From Candidatus Krumholzibacteriia bacterium (GTDB lineage Bacteria > Krumholzibacteriota > Krumholzibacteriia > LZORAL124-64-63): 64,000 nucleotides of DNA. The DNA lies in NCBI GenBank assembly GCA_046484865.1, contig JAWOID010000061.1, forward strand, positions 1 through 64,000. Reading direction: 5' to 3'. The notes under the pieces are model-generated. The model was not told where the DNA came from. It did not search any database and saw only the letters and a program-made list of their open reading frames with translations. A program made the position numbers and the translations under genes. Shown here in pieces: positions 47,349-56,526 of the stretch (positions are counted from its first letter, which is position 1; each line of letters opens with the position of its first letter).

Positions 47349-49571
47349 CTACTGCACCATGATCATCTTGCGCTTCTCCAGGATGTCGCCCGCACGGAGC
47401 TGATAGAAGTAGACCCCGCTGGGCAGCCGGCGTCCGGCGTCGTCCAGCCCCTGCCACGACAGGGTATGCTCGCCGGCGGCGAAGTCGCCGTCGGCCAGCG
47501 TGTGCACGGTCCTTCCCCGCACATCGAAGATCCGCAGGTCCACCGCGCGGGCCGTGGGCAGACGGAAGCTGATGTTCGTGGAGGGATTGAACGGATTGGG
47601 CGTGTTCTGCGCCAGGAGCGGCACCGGATCCGGCGAGGCGTCGTTTCGGGCCATGAGGTCGACCGCCGGCATCGGGCCCACGTAGAAGGGCCGCATCATC
47701 TCGTGGTCCTCGTGGGAGAGGATGTGGCAGTGCCAGACGTACCGGCCGGGCCGGTCGAACCTGGCGACGATGCGGGTCACCTCGCCCGGCAGCATGACGG
47801 CGGTGTCCTTCCAGCCGGCCTCGTTATCGGCCGGAGGTCGCGCATCGCCGCCCAGCGCGGTGACCTGCAGGACGCCGCCCACGCCGAACGTACCGTCGTG
47901 CTGCGGCTGCGGCTTCTCCTCGACGAAGCCCTCGAACGATTCGCGGTCGATGATCTGGAACGACACCAGGTGAACGTGGATCGGGTGGGCGTCCTCGGTG
48001 GCGTTGTAGACCTCCCACACCTCGACGTCGTTCAGCATGGGGTTCTCGGTGATCGGGGCGAACCAGGCGAGCGATCCTTCCTCCAGGGTGCCGAGCAGCG
48101 GCTGCAGGCGCCCGTACTGATCGAGGCCCTCGAAGAGGGCGAGCTGGCGGATGGCACCGTCCCGCTGGAGAGGCGCGATCGGCGGTCGCAGCATCGTACC
48201 CGTGTCGACCGTGGCGTCGGGAACGTCGGGATCGAGGGGCAGCGTGACCGCGAACTTCATGAGCTGTCCGGTGGTCTGGGGGTCGGCCGGCGGCAGCGTG
48301 CCGCCCTCGCCGTCGCTGAGGCTCCCGTCGGGGTTGAAGCCCTTCAGCGGGTCGTCGGGACCGAAGTTGCGCAGGTACAGCTCGGTGCCGGGCGAGAAGG
48401 ACGCGAAGTCGATCACCAGGTCCATGCGCTCGCCCGGGGCGATCAGCAGCCGATCCAGCGCCACCGGCGTCGGCAGCAGCCCGGTGTCGGTGCCGATCTG
48501 CAGGAACTCCTGGGCCGCGCCGTCGAAGCGGTCGTCACGCAACTCGATCACGTAGAACCGCGAGTCGGAGCCGTTCAGGAGCCGGAAGCGATACTTGCGC
48601 GGCTCCACCTCGAGCACCGGCCAGGCCGTGGCATTCACGAGGATGAAGTCGCCGAAGAACTCCGCGATCGCGCTCGGAACCGGCGGCAGCGGATCGAATC
48701 CCGGCTCGATCTCCGGATCGGTCGACGGATAGAACAGCTCACCGTCGCTGGTGAACATGCGGTCCTGCACCACGACCTCGATCTCGTAGGGACCGCCCGG
48801 CAGGACGTGACTGCCGGTCAGCTGCAGCTCGTTCTCGTCGCGCAGCAGGTAGAAGCCGGCCAGCCCGGCGTACACGTTCAGGCGCGTGATGCCCAGCGCA
48901 TGATCGTGATACCAGAGCGTGGCCGCCTCCTGGCTGTTGTCGTAGCGGTAGGTGCGCTTGACGAACTCGGGGCCGGTCTCGCGCCAGCCCTGGGTGAACC
49001 AGGCCTCCGGCAGCCCGTCGCTGGCAGATTCGCTGTGACCACCGTGCAGGTGGGTCACGGTGGGAATGCCGCCCTTGACGGGATGCGCGAGGTGGAGGGT
49101 GGGATCGACCGGAAGCAGGTGTCCGCCCAGGCCGGGGAAGTCCCGGTTGTAGTGGGGCAACTGATTGTGCCAGCGGACCTCCACGGGCGTGTCGCGCATG
49201 GCGACGAAGGTGGGGCCCGGATACGTGACGCTGGGCGGGCTCGGCCGCTCGCCGGGTCTCCCCCGGTCGCCGGCCTGCGGGGGCGGCCCCGAGGCATGCG
49301 GCACCATGTAGCCCCACACCGTGGTCAGGAGCGGGTCGCCCTCCGAAGACACCAGCCCCAGCCACTGCTCCGTCTCGCGCATGAAGCCGTTGTAGCGCCC
49401 GCCGCCGGTGGCATCGATGCGGGCAGGCACCGGTAGCGGGTTGTCGAACTTGGGATGGTCGGCAGGGTCCAGGAGAGCCTGGGCCGGGGCGGGAGGGGCG
49501 ACGAGCATGCTCAGGGCGAGCACGATGGCGCCGGTCGCCAGGCCCCATCGGTGGAAAGTCGCAACCTTCAT
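47349..49571 (-). CDS. CotA/bilirubin oxidase-like multicopper oxidase with a FlgD-Ig/T9SS-like C-terminal domain
   Basis: THLHGG, LWYHDH, HPIHVHL, WHCHILSHEDHEMM copper motifs; C-terminal QNTPNPFNPST...LPSGVYFYQL. Confidence 0.93.
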   Translation of the reverse strand: MKVATFHRWGLATGAIVLALSMLVAPPAPAQALLDPADHPKFDNPLPVPARIDATGGGRYNGFMRETEQWLGLVSSEGDPLLTTVWGYMVPHASGPPPQAGDRGRPGERPSPPSVTYPGPTFVAMRDTPVEVRWHNQLPHYNRDFPGLGGHLLPVDPTLHLAHPVKGGIPTVTHLHGGHSESASDGLPEAWFTQGWRETGPEFVKRTYRYDNSQEAATLWYHDHALGITRLNVYAGLAGFYLLRDENELQLTGSHVLPGGPYEIEVVVQDRMFTSDGELFYPSTDPEIEPGFDPLPPVPSAIAEFFGDFILVNATAWPVLEVEPRKYRFRLLNGSDSRFYVIELRDDRFDGAAQEFLQIGTDTGLLPTPVALDRLLIAPGERMDLVIDFASFSPGTELYLRNFGPDDPLKGFNPDGSLSDGEGGTLPPADPQTTGQLMKFAVTLPLDPDVPDATVDTGTMLRPPIAPLQRDGAIRQLALFEGLDQYGRLQPLLGTLEEGSLAWFAPITENPMLNDVEVWEVYNATEDAHPIHVHLVSFQIIDRESFEGFVEEKPQPQHDGTFGVGGVLQVTALGGDARPPADNEAGWKDTAVMLPGEVTRIVARFDRPGRYVWHCHILSHEDHEMMRPFYVGPMPAVDLMARNDASPDPVPLLAQNTPNPFNPSTNISFRLPTARAVDLRIFDVRGRTVHTLADGDFAAGEHTLSWQGLDDAGRRLPSGVYFYQLRAGDILEKRKMIMVQ

Positions 49572-49748
49572 GGATCGTCTCCTTCGTGATGGCTGGTCAT
49601 GATGGCCGCCGGAATCCCGCCGGGCGTCCCCCGTACTCGAACGTCGAGCCCCCGACAGGCGGTGAATGCGTTCACCAGGACGGCTTATGTCCAGTTTAGA
49701 AGGGGCTTCGATTCCCCGCCACGGGCCGGGGCGGGCGGAGCGACGAGG

Positions 49749-50519
49749 TCAGCCGGCGACCCGGAGCGGCCGGCCGGCCGCGTGCCGGCTCGCCACGTGC
49801 AGTGTCCTGGCGGGGCCGAGTCGGTGCCGGCACGCTGCGAGGGCGAGATCGGGGCGGTTGTTCTGCGCCGAGAGATGGGCCAGGCAGGCCCACTGCAGAC
49901 GGCCGTCGCAGCCGGCGAGCAGATCGGCCGCGTCGACGTTCGAGAGATGCCCGGCCGGGCCGGCGATCCGCTGCTTGAGGAACGCCGGATAGGGTCCGGT
50001 TCGCAGCAGTTCCGGATCGTGGTTGCTCTCCAGCACCACGGCATCGAGCGAGGCCACCAGCGGTTCCAGTCCGGCGAACGCATGGCCGAGATCGGTCAGC
50101 ACGCCCACCCGTGCCCCGGCGGTCTCCACCACCAGCGCCACGCCGTCGGCCGCGTCGTGCGGCGTGGGGTAGGTGTGCACCCGGAGGGAGCCGAAATCCA
50201 GCGTTTCGCCCGCGCGAAACCGCTCCACCCGCTCCAGCCTCCCCAGCGACCGGGCGCAGGCCTGCAGCGTTCGCTCCGTGACATGCAACGGCAGTCCGAA
50301 CTTGCGCTGGAACACGCCGGCGCACCGCACGTGATCGCCGTGGTCGTGCGTGAGCACGACCGCGTCGACGCGGCGAATGTCCACGCCGCAGGCGGCGAGC
50401 CGCTGCTCGGCCTGGCGGCCGCTGATGCCCGCGTCGAACAGCAGTCGCACGCCCGCGCTCTCGACGTAGACGCAGTTGCCGCAGCTGCCGCTCTGCAGGG
50501 GGATGACGGTGATGCTCAT
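49749..50519 (-). CDS. MBL-fold metallo-hydrolase (YycJ/WalJ-like)
   Basis: SGSCGNC, LTHDHGDH, TPHDA, TDLGH, LESNHD, GHLSN, LAHLS..NN motifs. Confidence 0.9.
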   Translation of the reverse strand: MSITVIPLQSGSCGNCVYVESAGVRLLFDAGISGRQAEQRLAACGVDIRRVDAVVLTHDHGDHVRCAGVFQRKFGLPLHVTERTLQACARSLGRLERVERFRAGETLDFGSLRVHTYPTPHDAADGVALVVETAGARVGVLTDLGHAFAGLEPLVASLDAVVLESNHDPELLRTGPYPAFLKQRIAGPAGHLSNVDAADLLAGCDGRLQWACLAHLSAQNNRPDLALAACRHRLGPARTLHVASRHAAGRPLRVAG

Positions 50520-50608
50520 GAGGCGACCAGAGTAGCCGCGGGAAGGCCGGCGGGCAAGACCGGCGACGATCTGGGCTTCGCCGCCGCGAGCTGCCGCCGC
50601 GGACCCGC

Positions 50609-51862
50609 TCAGCCTCGCCGCTCGAATCGCGCGAAGAAGTCGAAGAAGTCGGGCGGGCGGTGGGTGCACGCCAGCATCATCGGCTCGTGGTCGTACACGC
50701 TCGCGACGACCTCGCCGACGTGATCGAGGTGGTCTCTGGTGTACGTTCGCCGGGGCAGCGCCAGCCGCATCTTGCCGTCGAAGACCCCGGCTCGCACGCC
50801 GCCGACCAGGAAGATGGACGCGGCCAGCGAGAATGCGGCGAATTCACCTTCGTCACGGGGTAGCACCACCACTCCGTGCGCACCCACCGGCTCGAACACC
50901 CGCACGCCCCGGCGCTGCAGCCCCGCCGCCAGATAGCGCACGCCGTCCACGTGGGCCGTCACCACGCGCTCGTCGACCGCCTCCTCGAGGCCCACCGTCA
51001 TGGCCGCCAGATCGCGCGCAGCGAGCCCGCCGGCCGTGGGGTACGATTCCTGCCGGATGACCTCGTGCTGCAGGCGCTCGAACAGGGCGGCATCGTGCAG
51101 CCCGATCATGCCGCCCACGTTCGCGAGACCGTCCTTCTTGCAGCTCAGGTACGCCGCATGGCTCAGCCCGAACGTCTCGCGGCAGATGCGCCGGAGCGAC
51201 TGCCGCGAGCGCGTGAGGCGCTTCCGCAGCAGGGCATTGCCGGCGAACCGGCCGGCGTCGAGCACGAGCGGCACGCCGAGGCGGTCGGCCACGCGGCGGG
51301 CGCCGGCGATATTCTCCAGCGAGACCGGCTGCCCGCCCATGATGTTGTTCGTGACGGTGATCAGGATCATGCCGATCGGAGCGCCGGAGCCCGCCAGGGC
51401 CTCGAGCCTCGCGAGATCGATGTTCCCGCACCACGGCGACGTGAGGTCGGACAGGTCGAGCGCCTCGCAGCCGTGCGCCTCGAGGTTGGCTCGCGTCGTC
51501 TCGAAGAACGTGTTGGATACGGCGATCCGGCCAGGCTCGATCAGCAGGCGGAAGAGCAGGCTCTCGGCGGCACGCCCCTGGTGGACGGGCTGGACGTGGG
51601 GAAAGCCGAACGTGTCGGTCGCGGTCTTGACGAACCGGGTATACGACTCCTGGCCCGAGAAGTCCTCGCGCGCGCCGATCACCTCCTGCCACTGGCGCGA
51701 ACTCATCGCGCCGGTGCCCGAGTCGGAGACGAGGTCCACGGTCACGCCGCGGGCATCGATCTGGAACGGGTTGTAACCGGCCTCGGCGAGCAGACGTTCG
51801 CGCTGCGCCCGCGAGACGGCCGGCAGCAGTTCGACGACCTTGATCCGGTAGGGCTCGTGCAT
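50609..51862 (-). CDS. Divergent tryptophanase/tyrosine phenol-lyase family PLP beta-eliminating lyase
   Basis: EPYRIKVVE, DLVSDSGTGAMS, HQGRAAE, TVTNN.MGGQPVS, PLP lysine motif SCKKDG, GGLAARD, RLALPRRTYT. Confidence 0.88.
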   Translation of the reverse strand: MHEPYRIKVVELLPAVSRAQRERLLAEAGYNPFQIDARGVTVDLVSDSGTGAMSSRQWQEVIGAREDFSGQESYTRFVKTATDTFGFPHVQPVHQGRAAESLLFRLLIEPGRIAVSNTFFETTRANLEAHGCEALDLSDLTSPWCGNIDLARLEALAGSGAPIGMILITVTNNIMGGQPVSLENIAGARRVADRLGVPLVLDAGRFAGNALLRKRLTRSRQSLRRICRETFGLSHAAYLSCKKDGLANVGGMIGLHDAALFERLQHEVIRQESYPTAGGLAARDLAAMTVGLEEAVDERVVTAHVDGVRYLAAGLQRRGVRVFEPVGAHGVVVLPRDEGEFAAFSLAASIFLVGGVRAGVFDGKMRLALPRRTYTRDHLDHVGEVVASVYDHEPMMLACTHRPPDFFDFFARFERRG

Positions 51863-52069
51863 CGCGCGTCCCTCTCGTGGCGCACCGTCCCGTCAGGCGA
51901 GCGAGGGTGCAGAGGCGCTGCTGGGGGCGTTGAACCCAGGATCAAAGCTCGCACACCCCAGCGGCGGCGACGCGAGGTCGGGGAGGATGGCACACCCCCC
52001 GCGACCCCCAGCAGTGCCTCTGTGCCCTCGCTCGCCCGGCACGGCCTCGCTCGACGGATTGCCCGCGCG

Positions 52070-53242
52070 TCAGCCGCGCCGCTGCGCGTGCCAGGCGGCG
52101 AGCACCTTCGCCTCGCGGTCCGGCGCCAGCCCGGCCCGCTTCGTCACGCCCGCGCGCCGCTCCTCGTCCAGCTCGTCGTACCACACGAGGGTGTCGCGGA
52201 CGGTGACCGAGAGCGGCCGGAAGGTCAGGCCCGCGGCCACGGCGCGATCGATGCTGCGCTGCCCGAAGCCGGCGTACTCGCCCTCGGCCGGGATCCAGCA
52301 CGGCATGTCGCGCCAGGCGCCCACACCCTGCTCTTCGAGGAACGCGGTGTCCGCCCAGACGAATCGCGCGTTCGACCCCGAGGCATCGCGGCACGTCTCG
52401 AGCAACCGGCGCATGGTGAGCGGATGGCGCGGATGCGGGCCGATGACGTTGAAGGTACCGGACGCGCGCCGCTCCATGCAGCGCACCTCGAACGACGCGA
52501 GGTCGCGGCCGTCGATGACCTGGATCCGGTCGTCTCCCGTACCGGGCGCCAGCACCTCGCCCCCGCGCCGCACGCGCACCGGCCAGTAGACCCCGCGGAA
52601 GCTGAAATCGCGCGGGCCGACGATCAGGCCGGGGCGGAAGATGGTATGGCTGGCAGGGAAGATCGTCCGGATGCGCTGCTCGCACTCGGCCTTGAAGGCG
52701 CCGAAGAGGGCGTCGCTGTACTCGGCGTCCGGATCCTCGAGCCGCGCCACGGGCGTGTCCTCGTCCATGCCGATCCCCGAGTTGTCGGCATACACCGACA
52801 CCGACGAGACGTACTGGTAGTGGTCGACGCTGTCCTTCAGCAGGACCGCGGCGCGCTCGACGATCTGCGGGATGTGCGGCCAGATGTCGATGCAAACGTC
52901 CCAGCGGCGCCCCGCCGCCACCTCGTCGGCCAGGGCCTTCAGACCGTCGTTCGCGTCGAGTGCACGGTCTCCGACGAGGCATTCCACGTCCGGGAACAGG
53001 TCCTCGGAGCGATTGCCGCGGTTGAACATCGTGACGGAGTGACCGCGGGAGAGCAGTTCCCGGATGAGGTGCGGACCGGTCTGGCCGGTGCCGCCCAGGA
53101 TCAGCACCTTCAGGCGCCGGGAATTCCCGTCGGCCGCCCACAGGCCGCCGGGCAGAGGCGAGACGAGGCCGGCCACGCCCACGGCGGCGCCGGCGAGAGC
53201 TGCGGTCCGGAGGAAGTCGCGTCGCGAGGTATCCGTGGTCAT
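52070..53242 (-). CDS. Tat-exported NAD-dependent epimerase/dehydratase family protein
   Basis: SRRDFL Tat motif; VLILGGTG, FNRG, YVSSVSVY, RPGLIVGP, GLTFRP motifs. Confidence 0.9.
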   Translation of the reverse strand: MTTDTSRRDFLRTAALAGAAVGVAGLVSPLPGGLWAADGNSRRLKVLILGGTGQTGPHLIRELLSRGHSVTMFNRGNRSEDLFPDVECLVGDRALDANDGLKALADEVAAGRRWDVCIDIWPHIPQIVERAAVLLKDSVDHYQYVSSVSVYADNSGIGMDEDTPVARLEDPDAEYSDALFGAFKAECEQRIRTIFPASHTIFRPGLIVGPRDFSFRGVYWPVRVRRGGEVLAPGTGDDRIQVIDGRDLASFEVRCMERRASGTFNVIGPHPRHPLTMRRLLETCRDASGSNARFVWADTAFLEEQGVGAWRDMPCWIPAEGEYAGFGQRSIDRAVAAGLTFRPLSVTVRDTLVWYDELDEERRAGVTKRAGLAPDREAKVLAAWHAQRRG

Positions 53243-53464
53243 CTCGATCTCCTGCTGGTCGTGAGCGCGCCGCCCGCTCCGGCACGGTCGCCCGGTTCGC
53301 ATTCGCCGATTCGCCGGCGTCGCGCTCCGGTGACGCCGGCTGAACCCGCCCCCTACGCGGTGCGGCGGCCGACTGTTGCGACCTCGCACGGCAGCCCGCT
53401 GGCGGCCGACACGATCCCGACCGAAACTCGGTACAGGGATCAGCTGCCCGCGAGGAGGAGAATC

Positions 53465-53956
53465 ATACCTGCTCGGCCGTCTCCAGGCGACGAACTCCGT
53501 CGCCGACTCGTCTGGCTGCTCGAGGGCGGGGGTGCGCGCGCGCCCTTCGCGGACGCGGTGGCGGACCTCGCGCCCGGGTCGCAAGGCGTCCGTCCGCCCG
53601 GGGCCGATCACTCGCCCTGGGAACTGCTCGAGCACCTGCGTCTGACGCAGCTCGACATCCTCGAGTACAGCCGCGATCCCGGCGGCTACCATCCCCGCGG
53701 CTGGCCCGACGACTACTGGCCCGCCGACCAGGCGCCGCCGGACCCGCAGGCGTGGGACGCCTCCTGCCGGCAGTTCGAGAGCGACCGCCGGGCGATGGTC
53801 GCACTGCTCGAGGATCCGCAGCGCGACCTGACGGCACCGCTGGCGCCGGGCAACGATCACACGCTGCTGCGCCAGGCCGTCCTGCTGGCGGACCATGACG
53901 CCTACCACCTGGGCCAGCTGGTCCTGGTGCGCAAGCTTTTGGGCGCGTGGGGTTGA
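53465..53956 (+). CDS. DinB/YfiT-family protein (apparent non-canonical ATA start)
   Basis: HSPWELLEHLR, WPDDYWP, DHDAYHLGQ motifs; AGGAGGAG just upstream of in-frame ATC-ATA. Confidence 0.8.
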   Translation: MPARPSPGDELRRRLVWLLEGGGARAPFADAVADLAPGSQGVRPPGADHSPWELLEHLRLTQLDILEYSRDPGGYHPRGWPDDYWPADQAPPDPQAWDASCRQFESDRRAMVALLEDPQRDLTAPLAPGNDHTLLRQAVLLADHDAYHLGQLVLVRKLLGAWG

Positions 53957-54101
53957 GCCTGCGTGGACACGACCCGGCGGTCGAAGTCTATCGTTCCCCC
54001 CGGGCGCGCGACGGCCGCCGACTCCCGAGGGCCGGCGGGCGCCGTTGCCGCATCCTGGTCACCCCCCCGGGACCACGATGCGGATCGTGTTCGCTCGCGA
54101 G

Positions 54102-56510
54102 CTACTTGAGCAGCACCATCGAGCGCGCATCCGTCTCGCCGTTCACCTCCAGGCGGCACAGGTAGACGCCGGAGCCCGCCATCACCCCGCCATCGTCGCA
54201 GCCGTCCCAGACGGCCACGTGCTCGCCGGTTGCCATCTCGCCCGCCTGCAACGTGCGCACCAGCTCGCCGCGCACGTCGTAGATGCGCAGCGAACCTCGG
54301 CCGCCGCGCGGCACGACGAAGCGAATCTCGGTGCGCGGGTTGAACGGATTCGGCACGTTCTGCCGCAGCGCGACTCCGGCCCGCGGCACGCGGTCGATGG
54401 CCGTGATGGTGCAGATGTCGAACAGGTCCACCGCCAGCACCTGCGGGTTGCCCGCCGCGTCGTGGTTGTCGGGGTCGATGCTCTCGCTGCGGTTGGCGCT
54501 CGACAGGCACTCGTAGACGTCGTTCAGCAGGTACTTGTACTCGATGTTCTGCTGGCTCGTGTCGGGGAACACCACCGACACCGAGTAGATGCCGTCGCCT
54601 GCCGTGGCGTCCGGGTAGACGCCGTCGTCGGCCAGCGTGTTGAGCGACGGGACGCTCCAGTCGAAGGTGGGCGGAACGGCGTGGTTGGGGGTGCCGTTCA
54701 CCGCCAGCACGTCTCCCGGCTGCAGCGGATCGTAATTCACGTTCATCGCCACGCGGAAGATCACCTCCACCGGCCGCCAGATCGTGTTGCAGAAGTCGTA
54801 CTTCACCACCGGCAGGGTGAGCGGGCCGAGCAATCCACCGGCCACGTCGTAGGCCTCGTCGTTGAGGAAGACCGAGCGGTCGCTCTGGCCGCTGCACTCG
54901 TACTCGCCGTCGAGCAGGAACTTGTAGGCCACGTTCTTCTTGCTGCCGGCCGGGAAGCGGAGACGCGTGGAGTGGATGCCGTCGCCCGCCACCGCGTCGA
55001 CTCCGGTCCCGTCGTCCACGAGCAGGTTCGCCGACGGCACGACGAAGCTCAGCGGCGAGGTGTCGCCGTTGATCGCCACCACGCCGCCCGGCGTCCAGCT
55101 GGTGAGATTCATGTCGACGAAGAAGTCGACGTCGATGTCGTGCTGGGTGAAGGCGCTCGGGTCCTCGTCGTTCCACCACACGTCGAGCACGTCGGACGCG
55201 CCGTTCGCCAGCGTCAGCAGGTGTTCGCGGTTGCTTGCCAGCGGCTCCCAGGTGGTGCAGTTGTGGGCGAGCTTCCACTGGAGCGTCCGTTCAGCCGTTC
55301 CCGCTCCGCAATCGCCGTTGACCAGGAACACGGTTCCGTACTCCCAGATGTCGTCGGTGCCGGTATCGACCATCATCCCGCTGTCGCAGAGCGGGTCGAA
55401 CGTCAGCGGCGCGATGTTCCCCTCGACGGAGAACTGGTCGGGGGGCGAGCTGCTGTTCTGCAGGTAGGGGCCGAAGCGGCCACGGAACAGGACGTGCTTG
55501 AGCATGAAGCAGGCCCGGTCGCCGGACCCGGCGACGATGGTGTTGCCCGCAACGTCCTTCACGCCGGCGACGGTCAGCTGCCACAGGCTCGCGCTCTCGG
55601 TCAGCGGCGCGCTCAGGGTCAGGTGCACGATGTTCGGAGAGCCGGCATCGCGCACCGCGCCGGTGACGGTGACCCCGCCGCTGGTGCCGCCGCTCACGAC
55701 GTAGTTGCCCGGCACCTGGGCGGTCGTCGCATCCACCGGTTCGTTGAAGTGGATGTCGAACAGCGTGCCGACGGGGAAGCTCGTGGGCTGCACCTCGGTG
55801 ACCCGGGGCGGATCCTGATCGGCCGCCGCGAGGACCGTGTACGCCAGGTACTCCGACAGCGGGATCGGTGAGGGCGTATCCCACAGCGTGAAGTCGACGG
55901 TGGAGAGCTGGCTGGCATCGCCGGCGACCGCATCGAGCGGGCCCTTCGTGTCCGCGTCCTGCGTCACCCAGGCCTCGATGTTCAGCGGCGAGCCCGCGCT
56001 CACGCCCAGGGTGCTCAACAGCACGGCCAGTTCGTCGAAGCCGGTGGACGTGGTCCAGCCCAGGGCTCCGATGCCCGCGGTGCCGACTCCCGCCCACTCG
56101 GTGCCGGTCCAGCGGTAGGCGGCCTGCCAGTTGTTGTCGAGGTTGACGTAGAACATGAAGTCGGGCTTGTACGCAGCCGTGCTCCACTCGATCGCCCGAC
56201 CCCAGGGGTCGGCGGTGCCGCCAGCCGCGGTGAAGACGTCGATGGCGACGCCCAGCTGCACCTGACCCCAGCCGCCGAGTTCGTGTTCGAAGCCGATGAA
56301 GAGGTTCACGGCGTCGTTGGTGACGTAGACGTTGCCGATGTCGATGTTCGGGAACTGGGTGTCCCCGCCATCGGCATCGAGGAGATTGCCCGGCAGGAAA
56401 TCGTTCACGCCGTCGATCACGATCGTCTGCGGCGTCTGAGACCAGGCCGGAAAGGCGATCAGCGCCAGCAGGGCCGTCGCGATCAGTGCTCTCGGAATCA
56501 TCGGACGCAT
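54102..56510 (-). CDS. Secreted multi-module carbohydrate-binding-like protein with a FlgD-Ig/T9SS-like C-terminal domain
   Basis: Signal peptide, DOMON/CBM9-like N-domain, Ig domain, three related beta-sandwich modules (two with DDG...D..AGDGI and YK.LL...YEC), C-terminal QNVPNPFNP...SGVYL. Confidence 0.75.
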   Translation of the reverse strand: MRPMIPRALIATALLALIAFPAWSQTPQTIVIDGVNDFLPGNLLDADGGDTQFPNIDIGNVYVTNDAVNLFIGFEHELGGWGQVQLGVAIDVFTAAGGTADPWGRAIEWSTAAYKPDFMFYVNLDNNWQAAYRWTGTEWAGVGTAGIGALGWTTSTGFDELAVLLSTLGVSAGSPLNIEAWVTQDADTKGPLDAVAGDASQLSTVDFTLWDTPSPIPLSEYLAYTVLAAADQDPPRVTEVQPTSFPVGTLFDIHFNEPVDATTAQVPGNYVVSGGTSGGVTVTGAVRDAGSPNIVHLTLSAPLTESASLWQLTVAGVKDVAGNTIVAGSGDRACFMLKHVLFRGRFGPYLQNSSSPPDQFSVEGNIAPLTFDPLCDSGMMVDTGTDDIWEYGTVFLVNGDCGAGTAERTLQWKLAHNCTTWEPLASNREHLLTLANGASDVLDVWWNDEDPSAFTQHDIDVDFFVDMNLTSWTPGGVVAINGDTSPLSFVVPSANLLVDDGTGVDAVAGDGIHSTRLRFPAGSKKNVAYKFLLDGEYECSGQSDRSVFLNDEAYDVAGGLLGPLTLPVVKYDFCNTIWRPVEVIFRVAMNVNYDPLQPGDVLAVNGTPNHAVPPTFDWSVPSLNTLADDGVYPDATAGDGIYSVSVVFPDTSQQNIEYKYLLNDVYECLSSANRSESIDPDNHDAAGNPQVLAVDLFDICTITAIDRVPRAGVALRQNVPNPFNPRTEIRFVVPRGGRGSLRIYDVRGELVRTLQAGEMATGEHVAVWDGCDDGGVMAGSGVYLCRLEVNGETDARSMVLLK

Positions 56511-56526
56511 GGACTTCCTCCTCGTG

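Noticed and set aside
50876..53956. 1026-aa plus-strand ORF as a single protein
   Set aside because: Only the last ~163 aa (DinB-like) are real; the rest is antisense to the lyase and epimerase genes.
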